Shown: piece by piece, positions 30,725 to 41,579 of the stretch
Numbering within the stretch: position 1 is the first letter of the stretch
How the letters are laid out: each line of letters begins with the position of its first letter
Source: Rickettsia conorii
Lineage (GTDB): Bacteria > Pseudomonadota > Alphaproteobacteria > Rickettsiales > Rickettsiaceae
Assembly: GCA_020726135.1 (NCBI GenBank)
Contig: DYTE01000002.1
Span: 5,739 to 69,738 of the forward strand
Length of the DNA stretch: 64,000 bases
Direction: 5' to 3'
Notes under the pieces: generated by a model
Seen by the model: only the letters and a program-made list of their open reading frames with translations
Told to the model about the DNA's origin: nothing
Database searches by the model: none
Translations under genes and position numbers: made by a program

Positions 30725-32590
30725 ATGAATAAAGAAATAAAAAAATTTGACGCAGAAGTGGGTAAGGTACTTCATTTAATGATACATTCTCTATATACAA
30801 ATAAGGAAATTTTTATCAGAGAATTAGTCTCAAATAGTTCAGATGCATGTGATAAATTAAGATATTTAGCTCAAACAAATCCAGAGCTTGTTAAAGATGA
30901 TGCAAATTATAAAATCACTATAAAAATAGATAAAGATAGTCGTAAAATTACTATTCGCGATAATGGAATAGGAATGAATAGAGAAGATTTGATAGAGAAT
31001 CTTGGTACAATTGCGAAATCAGGAACTGGTAAATTCTTAGAACATTTATCAGGTGACGTAAAAAAAGATAATATGTTAATTGGTCAATTTGGTGTAGGTT
31101 TTTACTCAGCCTTTATGGTATCAGACAATATAACAGTAATATCTCAAAAAGCTGGTGAAGATAAATCCTATATTTGGACATCAAATGGTTTATCTGATTA
31201 TTCAATATCTGAAAATGATAGTGATTTTACAAGGGGTACTGAAGTTATTCTTCATATCAAAGAAAGTGAAGACACTTATCTTGATCATTTTAGACTAAAA
31301 CATATTATTAAAACTTATTCAGACCATATAATAATTCCTATTTATTTTGGCAATAATAACGAATCTGAGATTCAAGTAAATTCAGGGTCTGCTCTTTGGA
31401 CGAAGCCTAAGTCAGAAATTACAAAGGAACAATATAAAGATTTTTATAAAAGCGTTTCATTCCAAGTTGATGATCCATGGATGACTATTCACAATAAGAA
31501 TGAAGGTACAACAGAATTTACTAATTTATTATTCATACCTTCTACTAAAACATTTGATCTATTTCATCCAGATAGAAAAAGACGCGTAAAATTATATATA
31601 AAACGCGTATTTATCGCTGATGAGAATATAGATATAATTCCATCATATTTAAGATTTTTACGAGGTGTTGTCGACTCGGAAGATTTGCCATTGAATATAA
31701 GCAGAGAATCTTTACAACATAATAGCACTCTTGAGAAAATTAAAAATGCTATTACAAAGAAAATATTATCTGAATTAGGGCGCAAAAAAGATGAAGCACG
31801 TGATGATTATATTATATTCTGGTCTCATTTTGGCGCAGCTTTAAAAGAGGGGCTATGCGAACATAATTCTAATCATGAAAAACTACTTGAGACATGTTTG
31901 TTTAGAAGTGCAATGCATGATAAAATGATAAGTTTAGATGAATATATTGCAAATTTCAAAGAAGGACAAAATACTATATATTATTTAAGCGGTGATGATC
32001 CAGCAAAGTTAATTTCAAGTCCACAGATTGAAGGTTTCTTAAGCAAAAATATTGATGTTTTATTATTCAATGACAATGTAGATGATTTTTGGGTAAATGT
32101 TATTAATGAATATAAATCTTATTCCATTAAGTCTGCAACGCGTAGTGATATTGATCTAGATAAATCTGAAAAAAATGATGAAAATAATAAACTTGATAAT
32201 CAAGAAAATAATAAATTTGATGATTTAATTAATTATTTTAAAACTATTCTTGGTGCTTCTGTTAAAGATGTGCGTATATCAAAAAAATTAACTTCTAGCC
32301 CTGTATGTCTTGCTGTTGGGGATGGAGATATGGATATTAGAATGGAACGTTTTTTAATAGAACAAAAACAGATTATATCATCTTCTGCAAAAATTCTAGA
32401 AATTAATATAAACCATCCTATTATTGAGAAAATTAATGATAATGTTAGAAAATGTGAAAATTTTGATATGAATGAATCATTAATAAAATTAATGTTTGAT
32501 CAGGCATGTATCATAGAAAACGAACCTGTTATTGATGCTACTGCTTTTGCGAAAAGATTGAATGAAATTATTCAATATTTTATAAAATAA
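30725..32590 (+). CDS. htpG: Molecular chaperone HtpG (Hsp90)
   Basis: The sequences [26 protein letters not shown] and [13 protein letters not shown] are in the GHKL ATPase domain. The protein is 621 aa. Confidence 0.96.
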   Translation: MNKEIKKFDAEVGKVLHLMIHSLYTNKEIFIRELVSNSSDACDKLRYLAQTNPELVKDDANYKITIKIDKDSRKITIRDNGIGMNREDLIENLGTIAKSGTGKFLEHLSGDVKKDNMLIGQFGVGFYSAFMVSDNITVISQKAGEDKSYIWTSNGLSDYSISENDSDFTRGTEVILHIKESEDTYLDHFRLKHIIKTYSDHIIIPIYFGNNNESEIQVNSGSALWTKPKSEITKEQYKDFYKSVSFQVDDPWMTIHNKNEGTTEFTNLLFIPSTKTFDLFHPDRKRRVKLYIKRVFIADENIDIIPSYLRFLRGVVDSEDLPLNISRESLQHNSTLEKIKNAITKKILSELGRKKDEARDDYIIFWSHFGAALKEGLCEHNSNHEKLLETCLFRSAMHDKMISLDEYIANFKEGQNTIYYLSGDDPAKLISSPQIEGFLSKNIDVLLFNDNVDDFWVNVINEYKSYSIKSATRSDIDLDKSEKNDENNKLDNQENNKFDDLINYFKTILGASVKDVRISKKLTSSPVCLAVGDGDMDIRMERFLIEQKQIISSSAKILEININHPIIEKINDNVRKCENFDMNESLIKLMFDQACIIENEPVIDATAFAKRLNEIIQYFIK

Positions 32591-32597
32591 TTATTAA

Positions 32598-32621
32598 TAC
32601 GTGCATAGAATTATGCACGTA
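32598..32621. terminator. Perfect 10-bp hairpin (TACGTGCATA-GAAT-TATGCACGTA) between convergent htpG and atpF
   Basis: I read it directly from the sequence. It lies 8 nt after the htpG stop and 37 nt after the atpF stop. It has no strong U-tract. Confidence 0.5.
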
Positions 32622-32657
32622 TAGTTATTCAGTTAACAAATAAAAAGTCTGAAAGAG

Positions 32658-33125
32658 TTATTTATTCATAAGTCTTTCAGAAATTTTTATATCATCTAGT
32701 TGTTTTTTAGAGTTATTTAAATAATTAGTAACTATATCTAATATTTTAGAAGATAATTCAGATTGAATTTGATCAGAGGATTTAGATATTTGTAATTTTA
32801 ACATATTATTAGCGTCTTCTTTCTTTTTCTCTAATAATTTTTCTATATTTGCTGTATATTCTACAACTAAATTATCAGCAATTTCAGAACCTTCCATCAA
32901 CATATTGTCTTTTAATAAAGATAGTTCTTTCATTTGATTTTCAATCTTTTTAAAGAGAATATCTGCGTCTTGATTAATTTTCTCTGCTTCAACTATTTTT
33001 GTTTTTATATTATTGATTCTTTCATCTAAAGAATTTAAAATTGCATGTTTGATTGGTCTATATGCAAAATATATAAATATACAAAAACTTATTGCTAACC
33101 AAAATTTTTCATCTAAAAAATCCAT
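32658..33125 (-). CDS. atpF: ATP synthase F0 subunit b
   Basis: It has a single N-terminal TM helix plus a long charged helix. It is the last gene of the atpI-B-E-F'-F operon. Confidence 0.8.
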   Translation of the reverse strand: MDFLDEKFWLAISFCIFIYFAYRPIKHAILNSLDERINNIKTKIVEAEKINQDADILFKKIENQMKELSLLKDNMLMEGSEIADNLVVEYTANIEKLLEKKKEDANNMLKLQISKSSDQIQSELSSKILDIVTNYLNNSKKQLDDIKISERLMNK

Positions 33126-33604
33126 TATTTTACTTTCCCATAAGATTTCTCAAGTAGAGCCATATCTGGCTTTTCATTAATAATTTTCTCTATTATCTCT
33201 GCAGCTAAAGATAAACAAGCAACCTTAGCATTAGACCAAAAATAATCTTTTGTTACATTAATTTCTTTTAAATTATGTTCAACGATTTTTTTTAACTCTT
33301 CAGATAATGATTGTTGACGTGCCTCAAAAGATGCTTGTACTATAAGCAGTGTATTTTGTTTATTTGCTTCAACCATTAGATGAATATTTTGTATTTCTTT
33401 ATCATAAGCTTCTTGCAGAGATTTAGCTTTAGCTGACAAATTTTCTGCATTTAATAAATTAGAATTAATTATATCATCCCTATCTTTAAATAAATTGTTT
33501 ATTTTAGGAACGACATAGTAACTAATCATTAAATATATGAATCCAAATACTAATATTAGCCAAAAAATTTGTGAAGAATAATAATATATGTCAAATTGAG
33601 GCAT
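33125..33604 (-). CDS. atpF2: ATP synthase F0 subunit b'
   Basis: MPQFDIYYYSSQIFWLILVFGFIY is the typical b' N-terminus (PQFD motif). It is the second b-type subunit, an alphaproteobacterial arrangement. Confidence 0.82.
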   Translation of the reverse strand: MPQFDIYYYSSQIFWLILVFGFIYLMISYYVVPKINNLFKDRDDIINSNLLNAENLSAKAKSLQEAYDKEIQNIHLMVEANKQNTLLIVQASFEARQQSLSEELKKIVEHNLKEINVTKDYFWSNAKVACLSLAAEIIEKIINEKPDMALLEKSYGKVK

Positions 33605-33610
33605 AAGTTT

Positions 33611-33835
33611 TTATGAAAAAATAATGAGCATTGCAATAACGAATGAAAAAAGTCCCATAGCTTCAGCAAGCCCAGCTCCTATAAAAGCCATTCTTTGTAG
33701 CTGATCTGCCGCTGAAGGATTACGAGCCATGCCATTTAGTAAACCATTGAAAATATTGCCAACACCAATAGCAGCGCCTAACATACCAAAAGCCATAAGT
33801 CCGACTCCAATAAATTTTAAAGATACTAAATCCAT
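33611..33835 (-). CDS. atpE: ATP synthase F0 subunit c
   Basis: 74-aa two-helix hairpin. It has the loop ARNP and the carboxylate in GLAEAMGLF. Confidence 0.94.
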   Translation of the reverse strand: MDLVSLKFIGVGLMAFGMLGAAIGVGNIFNGLLNGMARNPSAADQLQRMAFIGAGLAEAMGLFSFVIAMLIIFS

Positions 33836-33890
33836 ATAAACTCCTTATTTATTATTTTTTATAAAATTTAAATTATTAATTAGATATAAT

Positions 33891-34619
33891 CTAATGTAGG
33901 TTTACAGCATCATTAATATATACACATGCTAATATAGCAAATATATAAGCTTGTAATATTGCTACAAAAATTTCAAACCCAATTAATATCACCATAAACG
34001 GAATTGGAATAAATTTCAAGAATATCATCATAGAAACAACAAAACCAGCTATTACTTTTAATAATATATGACCTGCAATCATATTTGCTGCTAAACGAAG
34101 AGATAAACTAACAGGTCTTGCTAAATATGTAAATAATTCAATTACAATCATTAAAGGTGCTAGCCACCAAGGAGTTCCCTTAGGTAAAAATAATGAGAAA
34201 AAATGAAAACCATGTTTAACAAAACCAACTATAGTAACTGTTAAAAACACCATAATAGCTAGTGCAAAAGTAATAATTATATGACTAGTCACAGTAAAGC
34301 CGAAAGGTATCATACCAAATAAATTACATAATAATATGAAAATAAATAATGAAAAAACTAGTGGTAAAAATGTTTGACCTTTTGGACCAACATTTTGATT
34401 TAACATTGAAATAATAAATTCATATGATAGTTCAGCACAAGCTTGTATACGATTAGGTATTAAATTAGATCTATTTAATGCTAAGAAGAAAAAAATTGTA
34501 GTAGAAATTGCTACAAGTAACATAAAACACGCAGAATTAGTTAAACTAATATCTATTCCGAATAAGTTTAAGTCCAATATATTTTTTATTTCAAATTGCG
34601 CAAGAGGATTATGTGTCAT
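33891..34619 (-). CDS. atpB: ATP synthase F0 subunit a
   Basis: It is a polytopic membrane protein. The sequence [14 protein letters not shown] contains the essential Arg motif. Confidence 0.94.
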   Translation of the reverse strand: MTHNPLAQFEIKNILDLNLFGIDISLTNSACFMLLVAISTTIFFFLALNRSNLIPNRIQACAELSYEFIISMLNQNVGPKGQTFLPLVFSLFIFILLCNLFGMIPFGFTVTSHIIITFALAIMVFLTVTIVGFVKHGFHFFSLFLPKGTPWWLAPLMIVIELFTYLARPVSLSLRLAANMIAGHILLKVIAGFVVSMMIFLKFIPIPFMVILIGFEIFVAILQAYIFAILACVYINDAVNLH

Positions 34620-34897
34620 TTTATTTTAATATTTATTTTTTCTATAATCATTTTCATACCAGCAATCATACCTATTATCAAACAAATTATAAGAAAAATA
34701 GGTTTAGAATTAAATATTCTATCTAAATATAGACCTATTATTAGTCCTATAATAGTAGCTGATACAAGATCTACTCCAACTATTATATAGTTAATTTCAG
34801 ATTTTTTTATATTTTTTTCTTCTATATTCTGATTAATTTTTTCTCGTAATTGTTTAATCCTAGAAGATATCATATCAAGATTTTCATTATTTTCCAT
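34616..34897 (-). CDS. atpI: AtpZ/AtpI-family small membrane protein
   Basis: 93 aa with two TM helices. It lies directly upstream of atpB and overlaps it by 4 nt. Confidence 0.7.
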   Translation of the reverse strand: MENNENLDMISSRIKQLREKINQNIEEKNIKKSEINYIIVGVDLVSATIIGLIIGLYLDRIFNSKPIFLIICLIIGMIAGMKMIIEKINIKIK

Positions 34898-35067
34898 AAA
34901 TTATTATATTTTTGTTAAAAAAACTTGAAATTTAATAATTATTTGCTAAAGATGGGCACATAATATATAAACTAATATAATGTGATATATTTTTAAGCTC
35001 AAGAATTATATAGAGCTATTAAATAAAATATAATAAATATAAAATATAGAGTTGACGAGAAAAATGA

Positions 35068-37359
35068 ATGAGTAAAAAAATTATAATTGATGCTAATTAC
35101 GATCAGATAAGGGTGGCATTAATAGATGGAAAAAATAATATAGAAAATATTGAATATGCTAATAATGTAAAAGAACATAATAAAAATAATATTTATTTAG
35201 CAAAAATTACAAGAATTGAGGCTTCACTTCAAGCGGCTTTTATAGATTATGGTAGTGATAAAAGCGGGTTTTTACCATTTACAGATATACATTCTGATTA
35301 TTATAATATTTCAGAAGATGATCAAAAGGATAATTTAATAAAAATTTTACAACATCTGAATCCATCTGAAATTCATCTTGATGAAGTAGATCAAAAGGAA
35401 AATATAGAAATTTATTCTAATTCTATATTAAATGAAAATGAGGATATTGATATTTCAACTATAGAGAAACTTGTAGATGAGAAAATTATATCGGAATTTA
35501 CTCTGGAGGCTTCAGATATAGAAGATGTTGATGTGATTAGCCATGTTCAAACAGAAAATTTAAACGAAAAAAAACAAGATGTTAAAATACAGGATGTTTT
35601 AAAAAATGGACAAATATTATTAGTGCAATTAACTAAAGAAAAGCGCGCAAATAAAGGAGCCTCTTTTACAACCTATATTTCAATAGCAGGTAAATATTGT
35701 GTATTAATGCCAAATACATCATCTCAGAATGGCGTATCTAGAAAAATTTCTAATGCAGAAGAAAGAAAAAGGCTTAAAAATATTATTAATAAAGTTACAT
35801 CTGCAAATACTAAAGAAAAGTCTAGTATGATTATACGTACAGCCGGTATTAGTAAGACTACACTAGATATTAAACGTGACTATGATTATTTAATTAAATT
35901 ATGGAATAATATAAGAGAAATTACAATTAAATCAAATGCTCCTTCTTTTATACATGAAGAAGATGGTATTATTCAGAAAACAATTAGAGATTTATTTGAT
36001 CAAACTGTAAGAGAATTAATTATTCAGGGTGAAGTAGCATATAAACAAGCATTTAAAGTTATGACAGATATGTTGCCAACAGAAATGTTTAAACTACAAG
36101 AATATAAAAGTAAAATACCTATATTTACTCAATTTTCTGTTGAAACACAATTATCTAATTTATATCAACCAGTCTCTCCTCTGCCTTCTGGCGGATATAT
36201 TGTAATTAATCCAACAGAAGCTCTAACATCAATAGATGTTAATTCTGGAAAAGCAACTTCTGAAAATTCAATAGAAGAAACAGCTTTCAAAACTAATATT
36301 GAAGCTACTAAAGAAATAGCTCGTCAGTTAAGATTGAGAGATATATCAGGACTTGTCGTAATAGATTTTATAGACATGATGGAAATTAAAAATAGAAGAA
36401 TAGTTGAAAGATCATTTAGAGAATTTTTAAGTAAAGATAAAGCAAGAGTACAAACTACTAACATTAGTCAATTTGGATTAGTAGAAATGTCTAGACAAAG
36501 GCTTAATCCATCATTTCTTGAGGCTAATTCTTCAATATGTAGTCATTGTAATGGTAAAGGGATAGTTAGAGCTGATGATGCTAATGCTATGCTTATATTA
36601 AGAACTGTAGAAAATGAAATATCAAATAAAAATGTTGATATTGTTAATGTTTACGCTAATATTATATCAGTAATTTATATATTAAATAATAAACGTAATG
36701 AAATCTCATTATTAGAGAATAAGAGTAATATTAAACTTAATTTTCGTTCTGATCCGAATGCTACAGCAGATAGTTATTCAATCGAAGTAATTACATTACA
36801 GAAAATTTCTGATGTTGTTAATAATGAGCCAGTTAATTTACAAAATATAATTTCAAATAAAAAACCAATTTCAGCAAAACAAAAATGGAATAATAAACAT
36901 AATCGTAAAAAAATAACAGATGAAACTATTACACCTGAAAATAAAGATACGCAAAATGTTGCAATTACTACTAATAATCAAAAATTAAAAAATAATAATA
37001 AACAAAATTATAAGAAAATATCAAATGATCATAATTCACAAAATACTGAAACAAATCCAATTGTAGAAATTACTCAAATTGAAAATAGTAATAAAAATAT
37101 TAATGAAAATAATAAATTACAACAACATAGACAAAAAATAAATCAAAAAATTGTAAATGATGATCATCTTAAAAATGTTGCGCTTATAAATTCACAACCT
37201 GATATTCTTAATGTGAATATTGAAACAGATACAAATTTAACTGAAGAAAATATACAAATTATACGTAAGAAAAAAAGAAGAAATAATTTTAGAAAACGTC
37301 AAAATAAAGAAATTGCCACTATATCAACCAATAATAATGAAAATATAGAAAATACTTGA
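35068..37359 (+). CDS. rne: Ribonuclease E (RNase E/G family) with low-complexity C-terminal tail
   Basis: It has an S1 domain interrupted by an acidic insertion. The catalytic region includes IDVNSGK and SGLVVIDFIDM, and the Zn-link is CSHCNGKG. From about aa 590 to 763 the sequence is N/K/Q-rich. Confidence 0.92.
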   Translation: MSKKIIIDANYDQIRVALIDGKNNIENIEYANNVKEHNKNNIYLAKITRIEASLQAAFIDYGSDKSGFLPFTDIHSDYYNISEDDQKDNLIKILQHLNPSEIHLDEVDQKENIEIYSNSILNENEDIDISTIEKLVDEKIISEFTLEASDIEDVDVISHVQTENLNEKKQDVKIQDVLKNGQILLVQLTKEKRANKGASFTTYISIAGKYCVLMPNTSSQNGVSRKISNAEERKRLKNIINKVTSANTKEKSSMIIRTAGISKTTLDIKRDYDYLIKLWNNIREITIKSNAPSFIHEEDGIIQKTIRDLFDQTVRELIIQGEVAYKQAFKVMTDMLPTEMFKLQEYKSKIPIFTQFSVETQLSNLYQPVSPLPSGGYIVINPTEALTSIDVNSGKATSENSIEETAFKTNIEATKEIARQLRLRDISGLVVIDFIDMMEIKNRRIVERSFREFLSKDKARVQTTNISQFGLVEMSRQRLNPSFLEANSSICSHCNGKGIVRADDANAMLILRTVENEISNKNVDIVNVYANIISVIYILNNKRNEISLLENKSNIKLNFRSDPNATADSYSIEVITLQKISDVVNNEPVNLQNIISNKKPISAKQKWNNKHNRKKITDETITPENKDTQNVAITTNNQKLKNNNKQNYKKISNDHNSQNTETNPIVEITQIENSNKNINENNKLQQHRQKINQKIVNDDHLKNVALINSQPDILNVNIETDTNLTEENIQIIRKKKRRNNFRKRQNKEIATISTNNNENIENT

Positions 37360-37407
37360 TTATTGAGATAATTATTATATACTCAAAATATGTTTATTTT
37401 AGTTAAT

Positions 37408-37482
37408 GGGCGATTAGCTCAGCGGTAGAGCATCTCGTTTACACCGAGAGGGTCGGCAGTTCGAGACTGTCATCGCCCACCA
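37408..37482 (+). tRNA. tRNA-Val (anticodon TAC), CCA encoded
   Basis: I hand-folded it. The acceptor is GGGCGAT/ATCGCCC. The anticodon stem is TCTCG/CGAGA with loop TTTACAC. The T-loop is GTTCGAGAC. Confidence 0.9.
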
Positions 37483-37529
37483 TTTTTAAGATTTAAACAA
37501 TATATATCTTCGTTAAGAGTTAATTTATT

Positions 37530-38117
37530 ATGATATCTATAAGTAAAAAATTTTTTATACTAACTATCATGTTGATATTTTTGTTAACTGGTAATGTATT
37601 TGCTGCAAAAAATACTAAAGAGTCAGAAAATAAGAAATTTGGTGATTGGATTTTGGCATGTGATAAAAATGTTAATAGTAAGAAAGATGTTTGTCTTTTG
37701 AAACAACAAATTATAGTTACAAAGGAAGATAAAAAACAGGAAATTTTAGCTTTTTATCAGATTGGTTATTTTGGTAAAGATAATATCATACGTATGATGC
37801 AAATATTCCCACTTTCAGATATTTATATACCAATTGGTACAATGATATTCACAGATGCTACACCTTCATCTAAAGGTCAATATGCGATTTGCGCTTCTAG
37901 TAATTGTCAAGCGCTAGCTGAAATTTTACCTTCAGAAATTGAATCTATGGTAAGTGCTAAAGAAGTGAAATTAATTATAATGAATAGTGCAATGCAACAA
38001 GTTGCCTATCCTTTATCAGTAAAAGGTTTGAAAGAAGGATTAGCTCATTTAAAAAAACTTGGTCCTATTCAAATGGAACAAATTGATGTTGCGCCTAAGT
38101 CTAATGTTGCGAAATAA
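37530..38117 (+). CDS. Invasion-associated locus B (IalB)-like secreted protein
   Basis: It has a signal peptide ending in VFA-AK. The FGDWILACD motif and the size (about 195 aa) are typical of the IalB family. The call is from memory, not a search. Confidence 0.5.
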   Translation: MISISKKFFILTIMLIFLLTGNVFAAKNTKESENKKFGDWILACDKNVNSKKDVCLLKQQIIVTKEDKKQEILAFYQIGYFGKDNIIRMMQIFPLSDIYIPIGTMIFTDATPSSKGQYAICASSNCQALAEILPSEIESMVSAKEVKLIIMNSAMQQVAYPLSVKGLKEGLAHLKKLGPIQMEQIDVAPKSNVAK

Positions 38118-38141
38118 AAATCTGTAAGAAACTAATTTAGG

Positions 38142-38193
38142 GTGATGTAACTACTTTATTTTTTCATTGGAAGATTTATTTGTAGTTCATCAC
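38142..38193 (+). terminator. Imperfect inverted repeat (GTGATGTAACTAC ... GTAGTTCATCAC) followed by ATATTTT
   Basis: It lies 25 nt after the stop of the IalB-like gene. The arms are 12-13 bp with one bulge and the loop is 27 nt. Confidence 0.35.
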
Positions 38194-38270
38194 ATATTTT
38201 AAAAAAATTAATTTTATTTATCTTTAAGCTATTTTTAAAATCTCTATTTATTTTAACATATAATTAACTA

Positions 38271-39131
38271 ATGATATTAGTCGATAGTCAGAAAATATTA
38301 AATGAGCTTTGTTTAGAATTGTCAAATATAAAAATTCTTTCTATAGATACAGAATTTGAACGAAAAAATACTTATTTTGCTAAATTAAGTTTAATACAAA
38401 TCTCTACTCATAAACATAAAATTATAATAGATGTTTTAGCTAATCTTGATCTATCAAATCTAGCTAAATTATTATCAGATCCCAATATCTTAAAAATATT
38501 TCATGCTCCAAGAGAAGATTTTGAAATTTTTTATCATTTATTTAAAAAAATACCTATAAATATATTTGATATTCAAATAGCTGCACAAATTTGTGGTTTA
38601 GGCAAATGTTTAAATTATGCTTTTATATGTAAGCAAATTCTTGGAATTACCATAGATAAAACATATCAAAAATCTGATTGGATGGAAAGACCAATTATCA
38701 AAGATATGATGTCATATGCAATGAATGATGTTATTTTTCTAGAAAAGATTTATAATCATTTCAATTCTATAATGATTAAAAATAATTTACTTGAAAATTA
38801 TAATGATGAAATTAAACATTTGTTAAATTTGGATAATTATAATCATAATATTTTTAACGTTTGGAAAAAAGTAAAATTTAATAAAAATATTAAAAATATA
38901 GAAAATAAAATTATAATGATAAGTGCCTATAGAGAAGAAGTTGCAATGAAGTTGAATATTCCAAGAAAGCATTTTTTTAATGATCAAGATTTATTATTAT
39001 TATGTAAATTTCTTCCAACAAATGACGTAGAGTTAAAAAAAATAAAACTAAACTATATTAATAACATATTATTTTCTAATTATAAAAATCAATTATTTGA
39101 TTTATGCGAAGGAATGAAAATAATTATATGA
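38271..39131 (+). CDS. rnd: Ribonuclease D (3'-5' exonuclease, DEDDy)
   Basis: It has the Exo motifs [15 protein letters not shown] and YAMNDV. At 286 aa it is a short form. Confidence 0.8.
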   Translation: MILVDSQKILNELCLELSNIKILSIDTEFERKNTYFAKLSLIQISTHKHKIIIDVLANLDLSNLAKLLSDPNILKIFHAPREDFEIFYHLFKKIPINIFDIQIAAQICGLGKCLNYAFICKQILGITIDKTYQKSDWMERPIIKDMMSYAMNDVIFLEKIYNHFNSIMIKNNLLENYNDEIKHLLNLDNYNHNIFNVWKKVKFNKNIKNIENKIIMISAYREEVAMKLNIPRKHFFNDQDLLLLCKFLPTNDVELKKIKLNYINNILFSNYKNQLFDLCEGMKIII

Positions 39132-40153
39132 TAAATATACTCGGCATTGAATCTAGTTGTGATGATACTTCTGTTGCAATAATAAATTCAGACAAAAGAA
39201 TATTATCTAACATAGTAATATCACAAAATGATGAACATAGATTATATCAAGGTGTAGTGCCTGAAATAGCTTCAAGAGCACATCTTAATAATATTGAAAA
39301 TGCTATGAATATGGCATTAATTACTGCAAATATAAAACTATCGGATATCAATGTTATTGCTGCAACTTCAGGTCCGGGATTGATAGGTGGCGTAATAGTA
39401 GGGTCAATGTTTGCAAGATCTTTATGTTCTGTATTGAAACTACCATTTATAGCTATTAATCATTTGGAAGGACATGCTCTCACTGCCAGACTAACGCATA
39501 ATATTTCCTATCCATATTTATTATTGCTTGTATCTGGTGGTCATTGTCAATTTATTTCAGTGGAAGATTTAGGTAAATATAAAATATTAGGTCGTACAAT
39601 AGATGATGCATTAGGTGAAGCTTTTGATAAAGTAGCCAAAATGTTAAAGCTAGGATTTCCAGGTGGGCCCATTGTTGAAGAAAGAGCAAAATTTGGAGAT
39701 GAGCATAAATATAAATTGCCAAGACCTATTATTTTTGAACAAGATTGCAATATGTCTTTTTCTGGTTTAAAAACAGCTATTTCACTTCTTATATCAAAAA
39801 TTGATATTATTACTGATGAAGTTATAAATGATATATGCGCAAGTTTTCAACATGTTATTTATGAAATATTATCAGTTAAGATATTAAAAGCTATAAATAA
39901 ATATGAATTGCTTACAGAGAATTATTCTAAAAAAATTATTTTGTCTGGTGGCGTTGCAGCTAATCAATATTTAAAAAACAAGCTACAACAAGTTGCAGAG
40001 AAACAAAATTACGAACTTATCACTCCTCCAATAAAACTTTGTACAGATAATGCGGCTATGATTGCATATGCTGGACTTGAACGTTTTAATAAAGGACAGA
40101 CAAATTCATTTAATTTTTGTCCAAAAGCTCGATGGAGTTTAGAAGAATTATAG
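39128..40153 (+). CDS. tsaD: tRNA N6-adenosine threonylcarbamoyltransferase TsaD
   Basis: The sequences [23 protein letters not shown] and SGGVAAN are the TsaD/Kae1 consensus. With a start at the ATG at 39128 it overlaps the rnd stop by 4 nt. Confidence 0.94.
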   Translation: MINILGIESSCDDTSVAIINSDKRILSNIVISQNDEHRLYQGVVPEIASRAHLNNIENAMNMALITANIKLSDINVIAATSGPGLIGGVIVGSMFARSLCSVLKLPFIAINHLEGHALTARLTHNISYPYLLLLVSGGHCQFISVEDLGKYKILGRTIDDALGEAFDKVAKMLKLGFPGGPIVEERAKFGDEHKYKLPRPIIFEQDCNMSFSGLKTAISLLISKIDIITDEVINDICASFQHVIYEILSVKILKAINKYELLTENYSKKIILSGGVAANQYLKNKLQQVAEKQNYELITPPIKLCTDNAAMIAYAGLERFNKGQTNSFNFCPKARWSLEEL

Positions 40154-40522
40154 ATTATTTAATATTTAACATCTTGCAGTTCAGCAATTTCACCAATTTC
40201 TATATTTTAAACTTATGAGTATCTTCATTATCATTATCACACCAATCTATTGATAGTAAATTTCTAGAATTATATATATCCGTGCTGTTATAAATTTAAT
40301 ATATTGACATTAATCATGGAACTTCATCTATAATAAAATACAAAATTTTTTTCTATAGCTTAAATGGATGCAAAATAGCTTTACAAACTAATATTTTCTG
40401 GTTATAATGCTGCAAATTAATTTTATTATCAGAAAAGAGCTTATATGCCTAAAAGCAAAAAGGAATAAGAATTAGAGAAAAGAATTAAAAAATTAGATGA
40501 ACAGACTAAAGCTCAAGCAGCA

Positions 40523-41527
40523 ATGATAAAGGCATATAGATTGAGTGAAGAAAAATTTAAGAACCAGATTGAGAAATTAAAAAAAGAAAAGGAAGAAAAT
40601 ATATCTCTGTCAGCTAATGATGCAGATGCATTTATAAAAAAGTATAAAATACCACAGCTAGATAATTATACAAAAACAGAATTTTATACTCACTTCAGCG
40701 CTGTTAAAGATGGCGAGCGTGCAAGACAAGTATTAACTGCTAAGTATAAAAAACTAAAAGCACAAGGATCGCAGCAAGCACCACATGATACAGATAAAAA
40801 ATTTCAAGATGAATTAGCTGCAAAGGAACTCAGTATAAAAAATTTACGCAAAGAGATAGATGATTTGTCATCGATGACCTGTAGATTAGAAGAGAAAGTA
40901 GCAGAAAAAGAAGCAGAAATAGAGGCATTACAGCAAAAACAAAAAGATGAAAAAAGAACTGCTTATAGCGATGAACAAATAGCTGGTTTTCAAGCGCAAT
41001 TAAATATGAATATAAAAAAAATAAATGAATTAGAAACAGAGAAACAAATCTTAGAGGAAAGTTTTAATCTATTAAAAAATAAACTAAAAAAAAATGAATT
41101 AACAATAAAAAAATTAGAAGAAGATAAACAAACCTTAAAAGACAATTCTGTAGACACAATAAGTTTATTGGTAAAGGATCTAGAAGAAAAAGAAACAGAA
41201 ATCAATAAATTAAAAGATGAACCTCTAAAACCAATAATAATTTCAAATTATGAAAGATTGTTTTTAAAACTTCAAGGCTTTAATACACAAGAGAAATATC
41301 AAGAATGGTATGAAAACTGGATTGGAAAATTTTCAGGACTAAAATCTAAAATTAATAATTTATATACCCAATATTTAGAGGAGAAATTTGGTGGTGATCA
41401 AAACTTGGAGAAAAAATTCAGTGGATTTTCTGAAGTAATAGAGTTTGATAGAAGAGCTGGTAATGAGATTATGTATAATAATTTAGTAAATAAACTTGGC
41501 GATTGTTTTGATGATTATTATAACTAA
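40523..41527 (+). CDS. Coiled-coil hypothetical protein (334 aa from internal ATG). The frame is open upstream to an in-frame TAA at 40466.
   Basis: The central region is K/E/Q-rich with a heptad-like pattern. The ATG at 40523 has no Shine-Dalgarno. An ATG at 40445 in the same frame is cut off by TAA after 7 codons. Confidence 0.55.
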   Translation: MIKAYRLSEEKFKNQIEKLKKEKEENISLSANDADAFIKKYKIPQLDNYTKTEFYTHFSAVKDGERARQVLTAKYKKLKAQGSQQAPHDTDKKFQDELAAKELSIKNLRKEIDDLSSMTCRLEEKVAEKEAEIEALQQKQKDEKRTAYSDEQIAGFQAQLNMNIKKINELETEKQILEESFNLLKNKLKKNELTIKKLEEDKQTLKDNSVDTISLLVKDLEEKETEINKLKDEPLKPIIISNYERLFLKLQGFNTQEKYQEWYENWIGKFSGLKSKINNLYTQYLEEKFGGDQNLEKKFSGFSEVIEFDRRAGNEIMYNNLVNKLGDCFDDYYN

Positions 41528-41579
41528 TTCCAATGATATAATATATAGTGTTAATATATAACATTATATATCTATAAAT

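Noticed and set aside
30564-30800. 78-aa minus-strand ORF between rpmG and htpG
   Set aside because: It overlaps the htpG start and the divergent promoter region. Its composition is low-complexity I/F/Y/K-rich. The real small gene in this neighbourhood is rpmG at 30371..30541.
40304-40334. TTGACA ... TATAAT promoter upstream of the coiled-coil gene
   Set aside because: Both hexamers are perfect but the spacer is 19 nt, outside the usual 16-18 nt range. In DNA this AT-rich the match is not distinctive enough to annotate.
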